Of a stretch of DNA of 64,000 bases, positions 1 to 13,774 are shown one piece after another. The position numbers and the translations under genes are program-made. The DNA is taken from NCBI GenBank assembly GCA_976551045.1, contig CDPCPM010000029.1:40920001-40984000 (forward strand). Direction: 5' to 3'. The notes beneath the pieces are model-generated. The model saw only the letters and a list, made by a program, of their open reading frames with translations, was not told the origin of the DNA and made no database searches. This stretch comes from Glaucostegus cemiculus (Eukaryota). Numbering within the stretch: position 1 is the stretch's first letter; every line of letters starts with the position of its first letter.

Positions 1-559
1 ATTGTCATCAGCATATCGCTCACAATTTTTGAGTCATCAACCATTACTGTTTTGATACTTCCATCCAACATCCTAATCTTCAGAGGCCTCTGCTTTCTTT
101 TGTAGTCCAAAGTATCCTGGGATTAAAAAGGGAAAAACTATTTGTATCTCAGTACCACAAAGAATTATTTGCTATACTTTGTTCTAGATTGTCTGTACGA
201 CCACACATTGTAACAATAAAGCTAAATTGATCTGTAAAAATGCAGCAAAACAGCCAATTATTTGGGTGTCATATTATCATTTACAAAGTAACGCTGATGG
301 ATCATGTTCAATGAAATAAAGAAATTATCTTGTAGTCTGCTGTTTCGACCAGATGGAATATGGATTCCCTCCATTGTGCAAAACAATTTATAACACAACT
401 CAGTATGTAAGAAGCAACAGCATTGCAAGCACACCTAATGCAAGAGATCAATTCTAGAATTCTGTTAATCATGGATGGAAAATTAACTTGAAGTCAATTA
501 TTTTACAGTATATCAAAATAGGGAAACAGAATGCAAGAACAGCAAAATGGTAAACTTAC

Positions 560-657
560 CCCATTCCTCAACATATAGTAGTCCAAAGCTTTGCCAGATT
601 CCAACCAGATCCCTTTCTTTGGATCCTCATCAGACAGAAATAATCCATAATCATTGG
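560..657 (-). CDS. TLN1: Talin-1, second coding exon (98 nt)
   Basis: Acceptor TTTGCATTTCTAG| at 658/657, donor GGG|GTAAGT at 560/559. Phase 1 joins the previous exon (C|CC = Pro) and gives PNDYGLFLSDEDPKKGIWLESGKALDYYMLRNG; 130+98 = 228 nt = 76 codons. The gene continues beyond the left window edge. Confidence 0.95.
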
Positions 658-2011
658 CTAGAAATGCAAAAACAAATCAAAAATGTGGTTCCATTTTAGA
701 AAAATCAGTCAGGTACTTTAGATCAACTGAGTATATGTGGAGCAAGTAACACAATGGTTATATGAATGGACTGGTAATCCAAAAACCTTGATGAATAGTC
801 CAGAGTGTTTTTGTTTAATCCAACCATGGCACTTAATGATTTAGAATTAATATGGAACCAAATGATAATAATGATCAGCACAAAGCTGTATTTTGGTCTT
901 AACTATACCTTAAGGGAAAGAAATCTTGCCTGGTTTGGCTTCAAATTAGAGTCTCCTGAAATGAATCAAACTAGCACAACTGGGTGCAAAATGAGTCAAC
1001 TGAGCGCAACAATTCAAAAAAATTAAGCTCAGCACCTTCTCAACTGCTATTAGAGAAGGATAATGCCTATATCTACAGAATACATGAGAAAAAAAGTTAC
1101 TAAACAAAGTATTCATTATAATAACAGCATGGGGTACTATTTCGTGAAAAAGCAAAAACACAAAAGTGAATTGGTCAAATCATTGGCACACTTAAGACTT
1201 AAAGATGAATTGAAGCTAAACAACAATTCAGCTTTGAATCCAAGGACAACTGCATCCTAACTTTCCAAAATGCTTCCACTTGGTGCCTCGCTCATACATT
1301 GAGACTATTTTTGTTCAAGTCATAAGTAATCAATGTTTGTTATTCTAGCTCAACTTTCTCATCTTTATTTTTAAACTGGGCCGTAAACTATTTGAAACAG
1401 AATCTGCCCAAACATTCCTTTAAAAAAAAAAACTACTAAACCTTACCAAGCCTTTAATTGGTACCCTGGCCCTGTTTACATCATCAGCCATAACAGAATG
1501 GAACCAGTTTGGTCCATGACTGTGCCAACAGTACTCTAACCAGTGAGATGAGACATTTTAGGAGGAGACACTGTAGCAACATTTTGGGCTGAAGGGCCTG
1601 TACTGTGCTGTAGTGTTCTATGTTCTATACTGTTTGGAGCCATTATATTAGTAAACATTTTATTCACAGCTTTGGCCAAATATATAATTTTTTTCTGCAC
1701 GATGATATGAATTGTATGTGGCCATCTTAAACATGGAAAAAATGAATATAAATTTCTCTTGCAAGAATAAACAATTCAGGAAAATGGTCTGTTCCTTCCA
1801 ATTATTCATAATTTTATGCTATATTTTAATGCTCTATTAAATGTAAATATTATAAACTACATTGTACAAATATGATTTTAGCAAAATGCTGCCCAACTTT
1901 ATCATAAATAAAAACTTTAATTTTTTGAGACAGAATTGATCTAGGCAGCACTTGAGTGCTACTTCTTAATGGTGGTGTCAACTGGGGCACGTGGAACATT
2001 GTGAAACTTAC

Positions 2012-2141
2012 GCTGTCCTGTCTGTGCTTCAGGGACCCGATCACGAATCATTCGACAGGCATCATAGACCATTGTTGAGGGTTCAAACTGCATAGTCTTG
2101 ACAGCATTTCCAACTCCAATCTTCAATGACAAGGCAACCAT
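2012..2141 (-). CDS. TLN1: Talin-1, first coding exon (CDS part, 130 nt; F0 subdomain)
   Basis: Translates MVALSLKIGVGNAVKTMQFEPSTMVYDACRMIRDRVPEAQTGQ + 1 nt, the talin N-terminus. ATG at 2141-2139 in context AAAATGG; donor CAGC|GTAAGT at 2012/2011. Lacks the RHC insertion of TLN2 and has TLN1-type STMVY. Confidence 0.95.
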
Positions 2142-2169
2142 TTTGTCTTCTTTCACTTCACAAATTCAA
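2142..2169 (-). other. TLN1: 5' UTR part of the TLN1 start-codon exon
   Basis: Pyrimidine tract plus acceptor CTTTGCTTTATTTTCAG| at 2170/2169, 28 nt before the ATG. This implies at least one upstream non-coding exon. Confidence 0.85.
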
Positions 2170-3084
2170 CTGAAAATAAAGCAAAGTTCAAGTTCATCAT
2201 TATTTGGGTTTTTTTGCTGCAGAATGCCAACTTTGCTGAAGTAGATTTCATCATTTCCATTTCTTAGATTGTTAGATCTGTGCACCCAACTGATTGAACA
2301 TAAGCAATTAATTTTTTTTAAGAATACTGATCTTCCCTGTCATAGGGTATGCCATCCAGTTGACATACATATACTGAAAATTGCTTCTTCTTTGTGTTAT
2401 AAAGTACTGTGACCCCATTGCTAAGGCTCTACCTGCAATATTGCAGAAATTGTAAATTCCACATTATCAGTTCTCAACCACAATGGACCGGACTGTTCAA
2501 TCTCCTCTGACTATCCAGGTCTCTGATCTCCCTCTCGGCCACTGTGCTCCCAATCTGTAGCAAACCTAACAAACCAAACTAATCACTTCTCTGGACTAAA
2601 GCAATGAACTGCACCAAGGGATGAACAATGATAAAAAGATAATGATCATGGCAAGGTATTCCACAGACACGATTTAATGGCATGTTTAAATGTTCTTTTT
2701 AAAAGTGTTTGTAGTTTGTGGGCCGCCCTCCCCACAAAACGTCAACTGACTAATGCAAATTACCATAATTAATCAAGGTAAATGTTAGTTTTTAATTATT
2801 TTGTCTGTCTTGTCTGCAGTGCAGTTGCAATCTCTTTGAAGTTCATCGCACAACTTAGGTAAGACCTTACTCACTTACATTTTTAAGAGGCACAATCCAA
2901 AAGGTACTTCAAGGCAAACAGGTGCTGCTTTGGGCCTACCACAAGGAGGTACCAAATGAGACCCAGTAACTATAGGATTATGAATTTCACAGATTGGTGT
3001 TTCATTTCACTGAAATAATGTTCAAAAAGGGCTCAATTTTCATTACATTATTAGATATTTTCTTTAGTCACATAAATAATAATG

Positions 3085-3410
3085 AATGGTATACAGTTCA
3101 GCAGTTGCCTCCTCAGAGCTCAAAGGACCCATGTTTTATTCTGACCCTGGAAACTGTGCAGTTTGCACATTTTCCCTATGATTACATGGATTTCCTCTGT
3201 TTTCTTCCACATCTCAAAGATGTTGGTTAACTGGTCACTGATTTACATTTTATTGTAGGTTAACATCAAAAAAAGAACAAAGGGGAGTTGGTGGGCAAGA
3301 GATAGAATAAATTGCAGGGGAATAAGGGGAGGGGGAATGGACTTTTGGGATTGCTCCGAGAGCCAACATGGATCCGATGGGCCAAACAGCCTCCTGTGTC
3401 ATTGTAAGTA
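3085..3410 (+). mobile_element. Degenerate HE1/V-SINE-like element
   Basis: Decayed tRNA-like head, V-domain-like core (GTTTGCACATTTTCCCTATGA...TTCCACATCTCAAAGATG) and CR1-type tail (GATGGGCCAAACAGCCTCCTGTGTC). Confidence 0.6.
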
Positions 3411-6400
3411 CATGTTTTCTTTACTAATTTGCCAGGTAAACCAAAATAATCAGTCACCAAACTAATAAACAGTCACTTTTTGACTGCATCTCCATTGCAT
3501 ACTTTGGAATGATTAAGTAGAAAAAAAAGTAGGCCACAGCCACCCTTTATGTCGTAAACTTAACATTACTGTTGTAGCTATGGTGACAGATAAAAACTCC
3601 GACACAAAAAAGTCAGTTCACAACATTCTCAAAGTACAGGACACAAGACCTGTGTTTGTATTCAGAACATCTAAATGCCCAACACCAAAGACTTCAAGAA
3701 TGTTTTGTAACTCCTCTTCATTATCCGGTCACAGTACAGGGCCTTGGCATATGAACTTTAATTAAGATCCATTAGCTTCACAGTGGAAGACTTTTCACCA
3801 AGATATAATTGCATTATTGTAACCTGCTAAGATTTTTTTCCTCTTGTATGACCTGCTTCAATGATAGTGATGAGCTGCATTGTCAGGTCAAATATTCTGA
3901 ATTGGCTGACTCATTCCATTTCTAACAGAAGACTTTTACATTATGTGAAAACTGCCACATAAAAATTTGCTTTATGAAATAACACATAAATAACAAAAAT
4001 CAATAAATGCAAAAAACAATGGCTTACCACACTCTAAATGAATGGTACCTATTTTAGGACCAGTAAACTAAGAGTTTATTGATCTTTAAGCAAACTATTT
4101 TTGCAATTACAACATAGACATAAATAATCCCAGTTGACCAGCACAGGGTCTTGTGGTCAAAAATTCAAGTTTAAAGTCATAATGTATAGAATGATAATTG
4201 CAGTCTAACATTGTGACATGTGATATTCTAAATACTTAAATCTACAGGTTTCCTTCTTCACAGTAGATTAACAGTTACTGCTAAATGAATAATAATGTAC
4301 TGGGAAGGGTGTAATTGTGAATCACATGAAAGATTAAGCAATGATATTATTAGATGCACACTACGCAGAACTTAGTGTGAATCACGTGGACAGGAAATGG
4401 TTTCTGACCAACAGTAAACCAATGGCTTCATCTCCAGATATAATTAAAGGCATATTTATAGACTGAAATAAAAAACAGAAAATATTGGAGATACATTTAA
4501 AAATCAAAGGAAATAAAAGCAGGGAGAAAAGGATACTTTGAAAATGATGACCTAGTGGTTGAAGAGGGATGGTCAATATACATCAGCTACCACATGGGCT
4601 TAACATAGTGATGTCATGGTCAAGAAGCAAGGTGGTCCAAGGTGACCAGAAAGCTGAGGCTGCTATATGGATATCAACACAAGGACAATAGCTTAGCTGC
4701 CTGTCAGTAAACACATGTATAGGCACAGACATGGGCAGGCTCTGGCACCGATGCCCTTGTCAATTTACATCCTCAATCCTCCCTGCCTTAAAACTCCTCT
4801 ATCAAGAGCACTACACAGGGAATGTTGACTTTTGGATGAGATCTTCATATATGCCCCATCTGACCTCACATCAACATAAATATCCTATGATATTTAAGAA
4901 TTTTATGGTGCCAAAAATGGCTGGTGCATTTTCAACACTGTAAAGGTGACTACAAAATAACTATTTGCTATGAAAAACTCTCGGATTGAGGATGTTAAAA
5001 TTCAATATAAATACAAGCCTTTTCAAACTGTGTTAGTAATAACTGTTTTTTCTTCATAGTGTTTTTTCCTGAGTGCATCAATAAATGCTTGCTTCTAAGA
5101 CACATCTTAAGACATCTGGAAAGGACATGGATAGGAAAAGGTTTGGAGGGACATGTGCCAAACGTGGGCAAATGGGAATAGCTTAGATGGGCACATTGGT
5201 CAGAATGGATGGGTTAGGCGAAAGGGCCGGTTTCCAAGTGTATTACTCCATGACTAAGTCAGTCATGATACAAAACTTTAGTTCTCCTTCACATTTTCAA
5301 AACAGTTCAGCAGAATGAGTCTCTTTCCAGTGATACTTTTGCATTTTAGAAGCAATTCTAGATTAGATTAGGAACAATTAACACAGGCAGAAAAAAGTCA
5401 ATTGCACAGCTTTTTGTTTTGATTTGCTGGTTTATACTTTGATGTCTTGTTGTTAAGTGACAGCTCCAGATATGAGCTCACAAACCTTAAGCTATGCTGG
5501 CCCTTAAACTATAAAAGGATTTTTATACAATTGAAGATGATAAGAATCCAAATTATAACTGAGTTGCAAACTTCAGTGCATGAAAAGGCAGCATTGATCT
5601 ATTCATTTTGGAAGGCTTCAAAGGAAGTAGTGAACAGAGTTTTCCTTATACTATACTTGACAAAGAGAAATAATGGCTTTTGTTTTATCAGAAAGCTCTC
5701 AAGCCCTCTTGGAGGTAAATCCAACATTCTGTTACAATGCCACCAATCTTCAAACTGCAAATTGAGGCTGAGGCTGCGGCTGCCCAGGTGCTCCATCAGG
5801 TCTCAGCTAAAGGTCACAGAGTGATGTGTGAATTGTGATTTCCTGCACAATAACCGTGACTGATCTGAATATGCAATTCTGTCTTCATTCACTCTCACCA
5901 GCTTGGCAAGCCTTTGTATAGCTTGGACGTAATCAAAACGCACTCCCTTTTTTTTGCAGAAATAGTTCACTGGAAGTTGTTCTGCCTTATAACTGGGGTT
6001 CTGTGTTGTTAAATGTGCTCCACTGAATCAGGATGATTTGGTAGCATGCATAGTGCATGCCAAGGCACAAAAGGCCTGTGTCATTTTATTTATATATGCC
6101 TTCGAGGAGTTGGTGCAAAGCACCCCAATGTCAGGGGAAGGTTTATACAAATCAGTGCAAATGCATCATCACATGGCTGTTATTTGTAGACTAAAACCTA
6201 GGGAGAAGCTTATACAAGTTAACAGTGAATATGGAACTTGAGTTGCACTTCATTCTTGTGTTAGCTGGGTCACAAATTTTGGAGATAAAATCGTGTTATT
6301 TTTGCAAAACAGTCAGAAAAAAAATTCAGACAGCCTGCCCTTAAATCTTCCAAACAATATTGGCAGACATCCGAGAGAAACTAAAGCTCAACGTTATTTG

Positions 6401-7189
6401 ACACATGGATTGAAATTCAAGTATCCTGGTTGACACTTTACAATTCAGTTACTGTTGCAGCTGCCAGGCCACCCACCAGTGTAACAGTTTAAGACGCACA
6501 GAATTTCACTAGTAGGTAAACTGCAGCTTTTCTTAAAGATTGCACTGGCAGCCACCCACACACACATGCAACATAAAATGAAGCAAGAGAACATCCATGA
6601 CAATGTAATGTCCAAATACAAAACATTGGTAGGTGCACATCCAGAAGCGATGACCTTACTCATGATAGTTATTCCAGCTTCATTTTTAAAATATTAGCAC
6701 ATGGATAACTTTTATGAGATCAAACCAGAGCAAATATCGATGTGGTTTTGAAATCCATCCCAAGTTCAAAACCATAGTTAAATCAGTTTAAGCACGAAGG
6801 CATTTTCTTATAAAAGTAATATTAGGTGTAAATTATCACATTCTAGTGCTATATTTAAATGTCTTGCCTCCTAGATAAACATGATTTCGAAATTATCTCA
6901 TCCCTTGAGCATCCAGTATTTATATTTAGTTTTGAATTGACCAGCTAGATAAAGTTGAGATAGCACATGTACTTTTAGTAGGCATTTGATACACTCAGAC
7001 AATTTGGACTTGGGCACAGGAAACGCAATTTCAAAACTTGCTGACAATACAAATTTGAGAGAATTTTGATAAACAGCAAGGATTGCAGATAAGAAACAAA
7101 TGAATGCAATTAGTTGAGTTAATGAGAAAGTACAGGTTAGGATAACAAATAAACAGGAATGGGAATGGAAATGGAAATGCATGCAGAAT

Positions 7190-7960
7190 CTGCAGAATAA
7201 AGAGAGGCTATTTGGCCCATTACATCAGCGTCAGCCAATAACATCTTTAGACCTTTCCATCTCCCCATTCCTGATGCATATTGCTGCAAGCTACCACAGA
7301 TCAACTGCTCATCTGTACATTCTATAAATGTGAAGATTTCTGTTGCCTTCACTCTTTTAGGCTGTGAGTTCCAGATACCCAAATCAATTTTACTAAAGAA
7401 TTTTTTTCCCTCAATTCCCCTTAAATCCAGCAATTAGCCTTCATCCATATCCCTTGCTAGTCATTGATCTCTAGACTAAGGGAGCCCTATCCAAGCCTCT
7501 TGTGGTTATACACCTCAGCTAAATCACTCCTCAGGCTTGTGTTTCAAAGAAAACTACTGCACTCTAGCCAATTCTCTTCATAACTAAAAATTCTCCAGCA
7601 CTGGAAAAATAGTCTCAATTCTCTTGACACCTCTTCTAGGGCTGCAACAACCTTGGAATGTGACCAGAATTCCATGCAACTTAAGACAAAACTTCTCCAG
7701 ACTTCAGCATCATCACCATGCATTTCCATTCAATGCCTCTGACAATGTTGAAAAATATACTTTTTGTCACTTTTACTATGTTATTTTCTAGTCCTGTTAC
7801 TTTCAGGGATCTATGATCATGCTGTTTAAGATCCCATTGTTCCTTTTCATATCCTAGCATTTTACCATAATTTATTAATTCCTTATCTTGAATGCCCATC
7901 CCAAGTTTGTTACCCGACTCTTTTCTGGACTGAATTACATTTGCCACTTACCCACCCATC
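7190..7960 (-). mobile_element. CR1 LINE 3' fragment, degraded
   Basis: Minus strand shows CR1 ORF2 C-terminal remnants (HRSLKV, FWS, ALEEV.R motifs; IWNS.P) and a CR1 3' tail near 7200. Confidence 0.65.
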
Positions 7961-8604
7961 TTCATTGACTCTCTCTGTTACCTCCTCAAAAAAAAAGATG
8001 AGAGTCCACTATGGCCATCCCCTAACAAATCTATGCTGAGTACCTCTGATTAATCTATGCCATTCCAAACGATAACTTATAATGTCCCTTCATATTTAAA
8101 GTTGCCCAGTACCAGTGATTGGCTTGTAGTTGCTCCTTCTGTTTATTTTCTCTTTAAGACCATTTTTCACATCCTCCAGCAATATACAGGGTAGACAGGG
8201 TAAGTATTTGAATTGGGCAAATTTAAGGCTACAAGAACAAAGCAGCACAGTGGGATTGACTTTAGGTTGTATATACTAGTTCACTGTTAGAACATTTTCC
8301 ATCGGTTTGGTAAACAACTTCTTCATTTCATCATTAAGATAATACCTCTCTCAAAAATACTTACTGTGCTGTTTCAAACTGGAGTCCCAATGACAAGGTA
8401 CACAAGGATGAGTGCAATGAACACAGTTCATCGATCAAGTTTACATTGACCTGGAGCTCAGTCTCTGGATAAGCAAAATGTAATCAGTCTGCATACTGAA
8501 GCTCATCTATCAAGACTCAGCTGACTTTGCCTCAGGAGTAGAGTCACCATAGTTTGAAAAGTTTCCCATTGGTTCTGAAGATTAGCTCCACTCCCACAAG
8601 ATGT

Positions 8605-9503
8605 TCAGAATCAGAATCAGTTTTATTGTCACAACCATATACATACATAGTATGCATAGGAGCAAGATACCGTCCTCCTCAGGTGCTCGTCCCATAAAAA
8701 TAACATAACAACCAACAGAGACACACATACACACTTGGCAGAATACACAGTACAAAACATTACACATTAGAAGCTATGGAGGTTAAAATTAAATTATTAC
8801 GCAGATTAACTTAAAAATGGCCAGTAAATGAATAAATAGTTATTAAAGTGAACGGACTGGTGGCGGGCATTTAAAGTGCTGGTGCATTTCTGTGCACCTA
8901 GCATCTCTTAGTGTTGACAAAGGAAGATGGAGGGATGAGAGAGTTTGCAGTTCTGATGGCTTGCGGAAAGAAGCTATTGTTCAGCCTGGTCGTTCTTGCC
9001 CTGATACATTTAAGCCTCCTTCCTGATGGAAAAATTGTGAAGAGGTGGTGGGAGGGGTGAGAAGGGTCGGCCATTATGCTTTTGGTCTTCCTCACACAAC
9101 GGTCTTTGTATATGTCTGCGAGGGATGGAAGCGAGACACCTATGATCCACTCCGCAGCCCTAACTATCTTCTGGAGGGACTTCCGCCCAGCAGCTGAGCA
9201 GCTTCCAAACCAAACAGAGATACATTGAGTTAGGATGCTCTCAATGGTCCCCCTGTAGAAGGATTTCATGATGGAGGGATGGGGGTACGCTTTCCTCAGT
9301 CTCCGCAGGAAGTAGAGGCGATTCTGAGCCTTCTTCGTGAGGGCCGTAATGTTAGTGGACCAGGTCAGGTCGTCGGTGATGTGCACCCCCAGGAACTTGG
9401 TTCTGCGTACTTGTTCCACAGCAGACCTGTTGATGGTCAGCAGGGCGTGCACACGGTGACCCCTCCTAAAATCCACTATCATCTCCAAGGTTTTATCCAC
9501 ATT
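8605..9503 (-). mobile_element. Rex-Babar-type LINE, 5'-truncated, young family copy 1
   Basis: ORF 8898-9545 has EMIVDFRR, KFLGVHITDDLTW, KKAQNRLYFLRRLRK, RTTRLNNSFFPQAIR. 3' UTR ends ACAATAAAACTG(ATTCTG)n. Near-identical to the copies at 37195 and 46863. Confidence 0.9.
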
Positions 9504-9504
9504 A

Positions 9505-10410
9505 CCTGCAAGAAGAAGGTCCTCCACCAACCTGCCTTCCAACAATAAAGCTTCACAGTAAAACCTTAGAAAACATGGTCCAATGCTTATATCTCAAAAG
9601 CCATCTCTCAGCAAAGCGGATTATCAATAGTGAAATTCACTGTTACCTTCAATTCACTAGCACAGCCTTTGGTTGACTGAGGAAAAATGTGATGGAAAAA
9701 TCAAAACTGCAGACCTAGCACAAAACTCAATCTTTGTCAAGCAGCAATAACCCCTGCCCTCCTCCTACACGCTTCCGAGATTACCTCAATGGACTTGAAA
9801 GATACCACCAATGCCATTTCTGGGTAAAATCCTCCAAATTCTCTGGAAGGATAGGCAAATCAACATCATTGTCTTCTCCCAACATTCCATATGGGTATCC
9901 TAGTTACACTTGGTTTGCACTCCTAACACTGGGCTCCTGAAATAGACACACTATTCTGAGCTGTGATATGGGTAGATATTATCAGGTGGATGGAGAAAAG
10001 TATCTGCTCAAAGCCTCCTTGAAATAAAAAAAAAAGCACTAACTCAGATGAAGGGTCTTGACCCAAAACTTCAAAAGCCCATTTCCCTCCACAGATGCTG
10101 CCTGACCTACTGAGTTCTTCCAGCATTTTGTTTGTAACCCCATTACCTCTTTGGAATCCTTGGACCATGACTGCTCAAAGTGGAGCGCCACCACACGGGC
10201 TGATATTGAGAACCATGAGTCAGTGCATTAAGGGCATACAGAAGCCCAGTGTAAGTGACAGAAGTAGTGCACCACCTCACAAATTCCCTACATGCCCACT
10301 CTGTCAGGATCTGCCTACCCATCAGTGACAGAGTCTGTGATGCCCACATTGGCCTCAGTCACAGGACACAATCAGAATGAAAGCAGGTGGCCCTCAACCC
10401 TCATGAACAG
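9505..10410 (+). mobile_element. RTE-clade LINE 3' relic, interrupted by a Penelope terminal fragment
   Basis: LERYHQC..KILQI.W.DR-type motif near 9790-9860 and C-terminal WESL.HD.SKW / C..HIGL remnants at 10150-10370. The Penelope repeat lies at ~10040-10135. Confidence 0.55.
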
Positions 10411-13400
10411 TCTATGTCAGACAACATGGGAAAAATTCAAAAGTGAAGACAGGAGAAAGAACAGTTTAAAATTTTCTTCTGCCTGATTAGTATTCACCTG
10501 TGAAAGCAGCCAAGCACAAACTATTGAACTCTTAAAAGGTGTGCAATGAAAATCTAAGATGTTATTTTGATAACACATATAGCACCAATGCTGGGCATGC
10601 AAATGTGTCAGAGACAATTGCAATAGCAGATTAAACTTTCTGGATTTATTAAAGATAGAAGCCAGCAAGATCCATTTCACAGGGTCTTAGCAACCACCAG
10701 TCTTGATCAATCCAGTAATTTATCTTAGCATTGTTGCCATTTGTGCAGAAAGAGGAAACAGCTAAAGTAGTTCAGCACTAACCACAAGCAAAAATGAACC
10801 ATGAAATATTTAGCACCTTGTTAATATAGCAGGGTTCTAATACTGAAAATTACTGCAAACTAAACCTGCAATTGAGGGGAAATGAGTTAATAGCAAATTA
10901 TGTTATTCTGTTTATAGATCACTAAAGTTTTGACATTGTGTGATAAATGCTTGTTCTTGGAACATGGGAGAAAATTCCTTTCTATCAGAAAGTTTTCACA
11001 GTTGTGCATTATTCAGTCATAGTTGAGCAATACAACAGACTTTTATACTTTTATTTTCTGGGATCACAACAGATATTCCTGAAAAAAAATTTCTGAAATC
11101 CAAATTCCTACAATTTAGATTCTGCTTTGCTGACTAGTTCACTGTTGGCCATACAAAAGTCATCAGGACTCAGAATATATTATAACTGCATTTTCCATGT
11201 TAAAAATAATCCTACATGTCCTGAAAATTTTGCAATCAAACTGGTCCAATGGCTCTTGAATGCGTACAAAGATTCTGCACTCACTTGTGCATTAGCTGTA
11301 TTTCCCAAGTCAGAGTTAATACCAATGTCAAAACATTGAAGTTGAAAAAACTGAAATAGTCGTAAGATGCAAATTACAAATATGCATCTCCCCTTAAGGG
11401 TGCTACAACATCCTAACCAAATTCAATACAGGCCAGATCATTAGATACACCTAATGGAGATGGTGGATATAGATAAATATTTGAAAGATCAAGGAATTGA
11501 GGCTTATGGGGAACTGGCACAGAAGGGTGGAGACCAGCACAGCTCAGCCATGACCATATGGAATGGCAGGCCAGGTTTGAGGGGCCAAGAGGGGCCACTC
11601 CAATTTTCCATCTCTAGTGAGATTCCAAGAATATTCTACAAAGTGTTTATAATTTTAGAAGAAACAGAATAGAATTTTCAACCAAACCAAATATGATGCC
11701 TAAACAAGGAAATCTTCACTCCACTGCACTTTAGGATTATATTCACTTTACACCAGAACAATTCAGTAATTCTTCTGGTTTTGAAAAGCAAGATTACTAA
11801 CTCAAAACCGATGTCAATTCAGAGTAATTATACACTTTAATGTCCACAAGATTGAGACAGACTTAATTCTCTTGTTTCTTGCTAACAGAAATGACGCCTG
11901 TATATTAAACTGCATTTTAATCATTACTTCAGAGCACTACAGCAAATACAGTAACCCACGTGCTACTTGTTTTGGCCCAAGAGATTTTCAATACTTTAAC
12001 AATTTGCAAAATAGTATTACCAAATATTGCTCCATCAAAAATTACAAGTATCAAAAATAGCTCAGAAACAGCAGAAATTTGTGAAGACTGTAGAGAAAAA
12101 AAAAGTATACTGTGACAGGTGTTCAAAGTTTCTAGTCTGTCCCAAGTTTGCAGCACATTTATAAAAAACTGCACCGGTGGTTGCCGAGGCATACATTCTG
12201 CAATTTATTTTCAAGTTGCTCACTACCACCAGTAATGGAAACTCTTCCACGGTTTGACTTGCTGCTTTATGCTTTCTAGCAGTGAGTCATCTTCCATTAA
12301 AGACTTCCACACAGTGAAATTAGAAGTGCAGTAAAACAATTAAATAAATTTAACATCTTAATTGCAACTTCTGAATGTTCCTAAAGCGATGAACTTCAGA
12401 AGTACAAACAACTTATGTTGGCCTTTTCTTTTGCTTCTAAAAAAATTACAAAATTCTTCCAATTATTATCAAGCTCAATGTAATCAAAGCAATTGGACTG
12501 GTACAGAGATTGGGTTGGAGCCATAGAAACACTACAAAGCATAAGTATCAGTGCACAGAATATACAAACGCCCCCTGCACTTCTAAAAGGATAATAAACT
12601 GGTGGCCTATCCATTTAACTTCCTCTAAATCAGCATTTTGTTGAGCAAGGTTGAAGTAGATGTGAATGGGGTACAACAGGATCAGGCAAGTTGATTGAGC
12701 TGACTGCCTCTGTGCTGCAATTTGAAGTTTACTTTGCAGATCAGAGTCCAAGTAGCAATTTAAGCACAGGGCTCCAACAACTATCAATTCTTTCCAAAGC
12801 AGCATCTCTGAATTTCAATGATTCCCATAATTGTTCCTCTAGAAAGCTGTTGAATACCATGGTCAATCTGAAGTATCAGCATCTCAACTAGCTTCTATCA
12901 GTTTCATTAAAGAATTCCTGTATTGAGGCAGTCCTATTCACCAAACTTACAAGTATTTTAATGTACCACTTTATGTATTGTTCATTGTATCCTCTTGAAT
13001 ACCATATTTGTTCTAATATATGCTGCAAAGCTTTCTTGGGCATATTACACATATAAAATCTACAAGACACCACTGCTCACACATCTTCTGTTGGGAAGTG
13101 AGCCAGTTAAGACCAATATAATGAACTAACCAGAGTTTTGCTATACAAATCACAGAAGATTAAACAAGCTGTTTTCTAACACTGGCAGCTATATTGGATA
13201 TTTCAAATCTCAGTGTACCAAGCTCTGGACTGGTCAGAAGATACAAAAAGAGCATTGTTACCAGTACAAAAGTGCTCTGTTGAATGAACAGACTTATTTG
13301 TTTACCTGCCTACTTCAAAAGGGACAAAGCATCACAAGACTAATCAGAACCAGCAGCCGAGAAAAGCTGGTGCTGGATCAGAGGATGAATTCCAGGTCTT

Positions 13401-13774
13401 CCATTGGGTCATTACGAAGTTCACATAAATCCAAGCAACTTGAATCTGCACGACAGGGTATATTAATTTGGAACAAGGGTAGGGCCCTGGCCCGTTAAGC
13501 CTGCCCCATCATTCATCACAGCTGATCTGAATGTAACATCAACTCCCATACAAATCCCAGAAAACTTTCACACACTTGCTTATCAAGTATCTATCCACCA
13601 CTGCATTAAAAATATTCAGTCTGCTTCCACCACCCTTTGAGGAAGAGTTCCAAGGATTCCCAAAAAACTGTGCTTCATTTGTTGTAAGTGGGTAACCTTT
13701 TGTATTTCCTTTAAAAACATGTTTCCTAGGCCTAGATTCCTTCACAAGAGTAAATATCCAACCAAATCTATACA

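Noticed and set aside
1959-2156. ORF-track 65-aa protein MKEDKMVALSLK...RKFHNVPR as a complete gene
   Set aside because: It starts at a GTG in the UTR and reads through the GTAAGT donor; the real CDS is 2141-2012 spliced to 657-560.
5447-5960. 125-aa ORF and a plus-strand acceptor-like tract (TTTTTTTGCAG at ~5959)
   Set aside because: No recognisable protein and no convincing paired splice sites.
8898-9545. 215-aa ORF (and 46828-47364) as a host gene such as an ALKBH8-like protein
   Set aside because: It is the C-terminal region of a Rex-Babar LINE ORF, present in three copies with LINE 3' tails.
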